DNA of 64,000 bases, from the NCBI GenBank assembly GCA_046331665.1, contig JAXLQK010000013.1, positions 56,220 through 120,219 of the forward strand. The letters are read 5' to 3'. Shown in pieces: positions 58,901 through 64,000 of the stretch. A program made the translations under genes and the position numbers. Position 1 is the first letter of the stretch. Each line of letters begins with the position of its first letter. This stretch comes from Terriglobia bacterium. Lineage in GTDB: Bacteria > Acidobacteriota > Terriglobia > Versatilivoradales > Versatilivoraceae. Below the pieces are notes generated by a model, which searched no databases, was not told where the DNA came from, and saw only the letters and a program-made list of their open reading frames with translations.

Positions 58901-59200
58901 TACGTTGGCAAACTCCACCTGAGCGGTTTTGAAATCCACGAAGTTCTTCTCGAGGGAAGATTCAGCACCCATCACATCCAGAATGAAGAGTCGAGGATTG
59001 GGGTAGTAAGAAGTATAGTCCAACGCACGATCGGCGAGAATGTCGATCGTCGTCCGGCCGGGATTCTCGGAAAAGGTCATTGCCTTCAAGTGCGTCGGCG
59101 GACGTTCTCCGGCAACCCCTTCAGCCCGGAGGGGCAAGGCGCAGAGCCCCAGCCATATCAGATTGAGTATCAGCAATTTTGAAAAATATTTACTTCGCAT
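55998..59200 (-). pseudogene. pilQ: Type IV pilus secretin PilQ (2 AMIN domains, long Pro/Ala linker, N0/N1, secretin), split by two 1-nt insertions
   Basis: ORFs 57788-59200 (signal peptide plus AMIN-like domains), 57475-57933 (linker) and 55998-57512 (LISLELKDADLKDFFRLI...secretin core...FFLSPKIL) sit in successive +1 frames. The shifts lie near 57925-57955 and 57505-57520. Length is 3203 nt (3201 plus 2). Confidence 0.8.
57330..57687. repeat. Tandem duplication (two 162-nt copies, 196-nt period) inside the pilQ linker
   Basis: Copies 57330-57491 and 57526-57687 differ at about 8 of 162 positions. Each encodes VESHVETAPVAPVK(P/Q)(D/E)VTVA(K/Q)VQPQTVA(M/I)LQENRTPLAAAPPVPTAEPAPAVVT. Confidence 0.9.
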
Positions 59201-59735
59201 CTTTTCCGTCTCCTCGAGCCGGGTATAGCTTCTTCACAACTTGTTGAGTAACCTTCTTCCCGTGGCTATCCGTCAGATATTGATTCATGATCATTGCGTC
59301 ATTGCGGATTTCGATCACCTTGCCGTCATAGAGATCATCGTTGGCATGAATAAAATAGGTCTTGCCCCGGTACCCCGTCGTGAGTGCCATGTTGACACCA
59401 TTTTTCTTCACAATCCCGACCAGGATGATCTCGGACACCAGTTGCCCTTTCAGACCGGGGGGACGGACGATGGGGGCGCTGACCGCCAGTACTGAATTGG
59501 CAACATCCAGGCTGCGAAATGGATCGCGGCGCCCTTTGGCTTCATATTTATAGTTCATCGCCGGAGCTTCCTGAGCGGCCGGCGGTGGTGTGGCGACTGT
59601 GGGGGCCGCTGGCAAAGAGGCTGCGGGCTTGGCCGCTTTTTCCAGTTGGCCCGCCTGCTGGGCCTCAAGGATAGGGCTCATCCCCAGCGAAATCATGCAC
59701 ACAATTAAATTGAGAGCTATGCGCGTTCCATTCAT
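59190..59735 (-). CDS. pilP: Type IV pilus assembly protein PilP
   Basis: 181-aa ORF with a signal/lipoprotein-like N-terminus, a Pro/Ala linker, RRDPFRSL and a beta-sandwich C-terminus. Its position is between pilO and pilQ. Confidence 0.7.
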   Translation of the reverse strand: MNGTRIALNLIVCMISLGMSPILEAQQAGQLEKAAKPAASLPAAPTVATPPPAAQEAPAMNYKYEAKGRRDPFRSLDVANSVLAVSAPIVRPPGLKGQLVSEIILVGIVKKNGVNMALTTGYRGKTYFIHANDDLYDGKVIEIRNDAMIMNQYLTDSHGKKVTQQVVKKLYPARGDGKDAK

Positions 59736-60349
59736 TTCTTTGTGTTAGGAGCCAGTTTGTTCGCTCCCTCTCCGATATCTTTCTCCTCGTTATAAACGAA
59801 GGTGGTTGCTGTGCAGGTCGCTGTGATCGTTTGATTCGATTGCTGCTTCTTGTTCTCAATGATCTTGACATCAGACACATTGACGATTCTCGAGAACTTG
59901 CTCAACTTATCGAAGAATGCGCCCAGGCTGTGATAACTTCCCTCAACTTCCAGGTTGATGGGCCATTCCGAGAAAAAGTCTTTTTGAAGCACAGGAAGAG
60001 GCTGAAATTTCTTGATCATCAAATTCGAAGCCACCGCGCTTTCCTGAACCTGGTGGAGCAATTGATCGGTTTGTTTGGCTTCCGGGAGAATGATCTTCAA
60101 GGTCGATAGCTTATTGAGCAGTTGTTTGTTTTGGGTCAGGAATTCCTGATGTTTCTGTTCCACCGCCTGCCCGCGTTGAATTTCCACTTTCAGGCCGTCC
60201 AGCTGACCCTGCTTGATCTTGATTTGCTGATCGAGTCCCGAAATGAAGAAGTACCAACCCATCCCCGCAATAATGATCCCAAAAATCGAGAAAATGCCGA
60301 GCTGGGTATACCAGGGAATGTTGTTAAATCGTTTAAGGTCGAGGTCCAT
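59732..60349 (-). CDS. pilO: Type IV pilus assembly protein PilO
   Basis: 205-aa ORF with a single N-terminal TM, a coiled coil and a ferredoxin-like C-terminus. Gene order supports the call. Confidence 0.75.
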   Translation of the reverse strand: MDLDLKRFNNIPWYTQLGIFSIFGIIIAGMGWYFFISGLDQQIKIKQGQLDGLKVEIQRGQAVEQKHQEFLTQNKQLLNKLSTLKIILPEAKQTDQLLHQVQESAVASNLMIKKFQPLPVLQKDFFSEWPINLEVEGSYHSLGAFFDKLSKFSRIVNVSDVKIIENKKQQSNQTITATCTATTFVYNEEKDIGEGANKLAPNTKK

Positions 60350-60361
60350 AACGCCCCAAGA

Positions 60362-60964
60362 TCATGAATTGACCGCTGCAGCCGTTGCGGCTGCGCCGCC
60401 GGCCACCAAGTCACCTTCAAAAGTGATGGAAAAAGTATAGTGATTGTTGTCTTCCTGGAGATTCACCAGGTTTACATTCCTAAAATTTCCGACTCGTACC
60501 AGATTGGTAATGAAATCGGCCACGTTGTCAGGGGAGCCCATCGCCGTCCCGTTGAGGGTTATCATGTTGTCTTTCTGGGTCAGCTCCTTTAACCAGACTC
60601 CCTCGGATTGCTGGACACAGTCACTGAGAACGTCGAGGACGCGAACAGGACCGGATTGATTTCGCTTCAGGGACTCAATTACATTAATACGGGTTTCCAG
60701 CAGTTTGCGGCGTTTTTCAAAGGCTTCGTTTTCCTTGAGGAGCCCTTCCTGGCGAACTTTTTCCTTTTTCGCCTGGACAATCTGGCGGCTGACCTCCTCT
60801 TCCTCTTTGACGAGGGCCTGCTCCCAAAAATAGACCACACCAATGGATATCACCACGACCGAGATCGCCATGATCAACTGCATGGCCTGATTCGACGCGG
60901 TGCGGATTTTTCTGGCTTTAACCGCCTTTACTTTCGTCCTGCCCAGCAAGTTGATGCGAATCAT
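60362..60964 (-). CDS. pilN: Type IV pilus assembly protein PilN
   Basis: MIRINLL... N-terminus (the PilM-binding motif), one TM and a coiled coil. Confidence 0.8.
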   Translation of the reverse strand: MIRINLLGRTKVKAVKARKIRTASNQAMQLIMAISVVVISIGVVYFWEQALVKEEEEVSRQIVQAKKEKVRQEGLLKENEAFEKRRKLLETRINVIESLKRNQSGPVRVLDVLSDCVQQSEGVWLKELTQKDNMITLNGTAMGSPDNVADFITNLVRVGNFRNVNLVNLQEDNNHYTFSITFEGDLVAGGAAATAAAVNS

Positions 60965-62016
60965 GATTGCACGAAACTCCTTAAGGCGAGGCCAACAGCC
61001 ACGGCCATACTCGGAGAAATATCATCCAAATAACCGAGGTCGATCCCTTTGCCAACGGCAATTCCCTTGAATGGATCAAGAACTTCAACAGGAACGTTCA
61101 GGCGGTTTTGAACCATCTCCACGAATCCGACTACCTTGGCGCACCCGCCACTGAGATAGACGCGTTGCAATTGTTCGCCCACCGTGGTGGCCCGGAAGAA
61201 ATCAAAGGTTTTTTGAATCTCCAGCAGGAGGACCTCGGAAACAGACTCAATCATCAAATCAACATTCTCCCGTTGAACCCCTTCGATGGATTTCCCTTTC
61301 TTGACCTCTTCCGCCTCTTCGAAGCTCAAATTCATTTCTTTCTGTAAGGCATCGGTGAACTGATTTCCACCCACTGAGACGTCTCGTGAGAACAGGGGTG
61401 TGCCTCCCTTCGTGACCACGATATTCATGATGCTGGCGCCGATATTTAATAGGGCAATCGTGGCATTGGGGGCGGGATGATAACTCGCTTCAAAGGCGTT
61501 TTGGACTGCAAAGGCATCAATATCGACCACCACCGGAACCTTTCCCGCCTGGGTGATCACATTGGTGTGGTTGAGGATCTTGTCTTTCTTGACGGCGACA
61601 AGCAGGACGTCGGTCGTCGCTCCCGAACCTTGGGTGTCCAAGACCTGGTAATCGAGGTTTACGTCCGCGATATCAAAGGGAATGTGCTGTTCGGCCTCCC
61701 ACTGGATCGATTCTTCCAGCTCTTCCTCGCTCATGGCCGGCAGAGAGATCTTCTTGACGATGACCGAGTGGCCTGACACGGAAGTCGCGACACTTCGTGT
61801 TTTGATTTTCTTCTGAGAGAAGATCTTGGTTATGGAGTCCGACACGGATAAGGCATCCATGATCGCCCCATCCACGACGGTATCCGACGCCAAGGGTTCC
61901 AGTCCGGCATGGACCAGCTCATAACCGCCTTTCGACTTCCTGAGCTCCACGGCTTTGACGGAACTGGAGCCGATATCCAATCCTACTAGTGGCTTCTGTC
62001 GTGAAAAAAGTTGCAC
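60961..62016 (-). CDS. pilM: Type IV pilus assembly ATPase-fold protein PilM
   Basis: 351-aa ORF with the actin-like fold: LVGLDIGSSSVKAVEL... Confidence 0.9.
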   Translation of the reverse strand: MQLFSRQKPLVGLDIGSSSVKAVELRKSKGGYELVHAGLEPLASDTVVDGAIMDALSVSDSITKIFSQKKIKTRSVATSVSGHSVIVKKISLPAMSEEELEESIQWEAEQHIPFDIADVNLDYQVLDTQGSGATTDVLLVAVKKDKILNHTNVITQAGKVPVVVDIDAFAVQNAFEASYHPAPNATIALLNIGASIMNIVVTKGGTPLFSRDVSVGGNQFTDALQKEMNLSFEEAEEVKKGKSIEGVQRENVDLMIESVSEVLLLEIQKTFDFFRATTVGEQLQRVYLSGGCAKVVGFVEMVQNRLNVPVEVLDPFKGIAVGKGIDLGYLDDISPSMAVAVGLALRSFVQS

Positions 62017-62076
62017 GCTCTTGCACCTAACACTTTGAGATCAAAACCATTTTATCGATAGCCCGAAGTTCAAACT

Positions 62077-62331
62077 TTAACTTCGCTCTGAGGAAAATTT
62101 TCTGCTCTTCATTTCCATCCATTCATCCAGGACGGTTTTCTTAAAGCGCCAACGATTGCCCAACTTGAAGGCAGGAATTCGATCGCTGGACACATACTTG
62201 TAAAGAGTATCCGGGGAGATGCCCAAGTACTGGGACGCTTCTTTGACATTCATGACTTCCTTGGGTTGCGGCATGCTCCCGTCCTCATCCTTCAGTTTTG
62301 TTTCTTTTATCGGCAAACTTTTTCCGGACAT
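62077..62331 (-). CDS. Excisionase/MerR-superfamily helix-turn-helix protein
   Basis: MNVKEASQYLGISPDTLYKYVSSDRIPAFKLGNRWRFKKTVLDEWM. It lies 60 nt upstream of pilM on the same strand. The true start may be the internal Met. Confidence 0.7.
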   Translation of the reverse strand: MSGKSLPIKETKLKDEDGSMPQPKEVMNVKEASQYLGISPDTLYKYVSSDRIPAFKLGNRWRFKKTVLDEWMEMKSRKFSSERS

Positions 62332-62538
62332 TAGTGCATATAAATTAGATTGTCGATGGCCCCCGCCCGAGATTTATGCCGTTTTCTTGGAAAACCCAGA
62401 ATTGCCGCAAAACCGCTCCAGAGTGCCAATGAACTGCCGGTGCGAGTCTCCGCATGGAGCCTGCGCTCTAAGACGGCTGGGTAACCGCCCGGCACTTTCT
62501 CATGTCCGCAGGGTTTTTCTAATTGACAGAGAACGCAG

Positions 62539-63981
62539 GTGAATTATAAGTTTTCTTTCCTTTGCTTTGAGGTTTCATCGGTGAAGCTGCGATCTTCCTC
62601 CTCAAAAACCAAATCGAACGCTTTCTCTTCGGATGCCTTTCTTCGTCTGTTCCAGGCGGGGACGAATCTGGTGATCTACCGCGATATTTTGAAGGAACCG
62701 GTGGTGAGTCATTTCCTGTCGTTACTGGAGCAGCTGGGGAAGGAGGGCAACCCGGGTCGGGGACGAAGCCGGAAAATTGCGGAGTCTTATGCCAGGTTTT
62801 TTTCCGGGTTGGCACACCTGGGGCAAGAGCCGCAGGAAGAGCCTGTCGGAACGGTCTGGCAGAATCACCTGCTCAATCTGATTTTGGATGCGGAAAATCC
62901 CTTTAGTACCTCCGCCTCTCATGGTTTATTTCCGAAAGAAAAAAATTCTTTGACGGAACAAGCCGCTCTGGACTTGCGGCTACTGAAGACCCTTCATGAT
63001 GTCGACGGCCGTCAACTTCTTCAGTATTTGCATGAGTTGCCTTGCGATATGGAGTGGGAGTCGTGGGAGAAGCTGCCCCAATCTCTTCGCGGCGGACAAC
63101 CCGGCTCTCTTCGTGGAAGGTTCAAACAACAGCTCCAGCAATCTGCCGATTGGGCAGTTGAAATCAAGGCTCTCTACGATTTTTATGGCCGTACCGGCGT
63201 CGGGAAGTTTGGGCGGTTTCGAGCCTTCCATTGGAAGCCGGGCTCCGATGGCGGAGTCATTGTCCCTATCCCCGATCCCGACCCAGTCCGGCTGGAAGAC
63301 CTGATCGGTTTCGAAGACCAGAAGCAGCTTCTAATTCACAATACCGAATTCTTTCTTTCTGGAATCCCCGCCAACAATGTCTTCGTTTACGGCGATCGCG
63401 GGACTGGAAAATCCTCCGCCATTAAGGCGCTTCTTCACCACTTCCCCCAACAGCCTCTGCGAATGCTGGAAATCTCGCGAGACGATCTGGCCGACCTGCC
63501 CGAAGTCATGCATACCTTGCGGGGCAGACCTGAATACTTCATCGTGTTCGTGGATGACTTGTCTTTTGAAGAAGGCGAGACCCAATATAAGACTCTCAAG
63601 GCCGTTCTGGAAGGCAGTCTCGAAGCGCGACCCCGCAACGTCGTGGTCTACGCAACCTCCAACCGTCGCCATTTAATCAAGGAAAATTTCTCGGATCGGG
63701 TGTTGGATAACAGCGGGGAAGTTCGACCGCAAGACACCTTGCAGGAAAAGGTTTCACTCTCGGACCGGTTTGGAATCCAATTGGTCTTTGTGGCGCCGGA
63801 TCAGGACGAGTATCTCCGGATCGTTCGCTCCATGGCGCAACGGCGACAGTTCAGCCTCGCAGACGAGGAACTCACCCGAAAAGCCCTGCTTTGGGTGCAA
63901 CGCCACAATACGCGCAGTGGCCGGACCGCCCGTCAATTTATCGATTACCTGGGTGGAGAACTGGGAAAGCCTTTGCCCTAA
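62539..63981 (+). CDS. DUF815-type AAA ATPase with long N-terminal extension
   Basis: 480-aa ORF with Walker A YGDRGTGKSS, Walker B FIVFVDDLSF and ATSNRRHL. The start codon is uncertain. Confidence 0.7.
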   Translation: MNYKFSFLCFEVSSVKLRSSSSKTKSNAFSSDAFLRLFQAGTNLVIYRDILKEPVVSHFLSLLEQLGKEGNPGRGRSRKIAESYARFFSGLAHLGQEPQEEPVGTVWQNHLLNLILDAENPFSTSASHGLFPKEKNSLTEQAALDLRLLKTLHDVDGRQLLQYLHELPCDMEWESWEKLPQSLRGGQPGSLRGRFKQQLQQSADWAVEIKALYDFYGRTGVGKFGRFRAFHWKPGSDGGVIVPIPDPDPVRLEDLIGFEDQKQLLIHNTEFFLSGIPANNVFVYGDRGTGKSSAIKALLHHFPQQPLRMLEISRDDLADLPEVMHTLRGRPEYFIVFVDDLSFEEGETQYKTLKAVLEGSLEARPRNVVVYATSNRRHLIKENFSDRVLDNSGEVRPQDTLQEKVSLSDRFGIQLVFVAPDQDEYLRIVRSMAQRRQFSLADEELTRKALLWVQRHNTRSGRTARQFIDYLGGELGKPLP

Positions 63982-64000
63982 ACCTCGCCCGGCGCCAGTT

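Noticed and set aside
62077-62331. Excisionase-family HTH as a marker of a prophage or integrative element
   Set aside because: There is no integrase, no phage genes and no att-like repeats nearby, and the gene heads the pilM operon. The tRNA-Arg at 50401 is 12 kb away, with ordinary genes in between.
1-64000. CRISPR arrays, rRNA genes, insertion sequences and toxin-antitoxin or known defence-system genes
   Set aside because: I looked for regularly spaced direct repeats, transposase/integrase-like translations and typical defence ATPase/nuclease pairs, and found none. The only tandem repeat is the pilQ linker duplication.

Overview
This is a gene-dense 64-kb chromosomal window from a Gram-negative bacterium. 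The taxon cannot be assigned from sequence alone. The gene content (LysW pathway, many sigma-54 regulators, CarboxypepD_reg-type secreted proteins, type IV pilus) would fit an Acidobacteriota-like organism, at low confidence. I saw no rRNA, CRISPR array, transposase or integrase.

Main blocks:
- 1-8339 (minus strand): ABC-transporter-dependent glycan locus. It holds GT4, two GT2, an RmlD-like reductase, an epimerase, a methyltransferase with a coiled-coil tail, wzt and wzm.
- 8741-11802: glnD-glnB.
- 11966-24000: qor (frameshifted) and a signalling-rich stretch. It holds a histidine kinase with a degenerate receiver, two sigma-54 activators, a CheY-like regulator, a FliA-type sigma factor behind a candidate sigma-54 promoter, a large hybrid kinase and a stand-alone DHp-like mini-protein.
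- 24635-29392: LysW-carrier amino-acid biosynthesis genes (lysZ, lysY, lysX). This includes a 53-aa lysW that is missing from the ORF track.
- 31267-40703: a corrinoid-dependent methyltransferase and C1-oxidation island. It holds a URO-D-type methyltransferase, a B12 protein, a RACo-type activator, MetF/MetV-like genes, a pterin-binding methyltransferase, a GntR/FadR regulator with a perfect palindromic operator, and purU. I rate this the most interesting candidate system; its substrate is unknown.
- 40910-50477: M48 peptidase, methyltransferases, a 4Fe-4S/FAD oxidoreductase, a 1-kb gene desert with six GC-rich hairpins, a methyltransferase / HprK-like / flippase trio, and tRNA-Arg(CCG).
- 50698-55456: PQQ sugar dehydrogenase, multihaem cytochrome c, thiE, accC and accB.
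- 55617-62331: a Roadblock/LC7 protein and pilQPONM behind a small HTH gene.
- 62539-63981: a DUF815-type ATPase.

A window-wide caveat applies. At least 11 single-nucleotide indels, several of them at short homopolymer runs, split 7 otherwise conserved genes. This looks more like sequence or assembly error than biology, so ORF boundaries elsewhere should be read with that in mind. All functional calls rest on reading the translations by eye; no database search was run.
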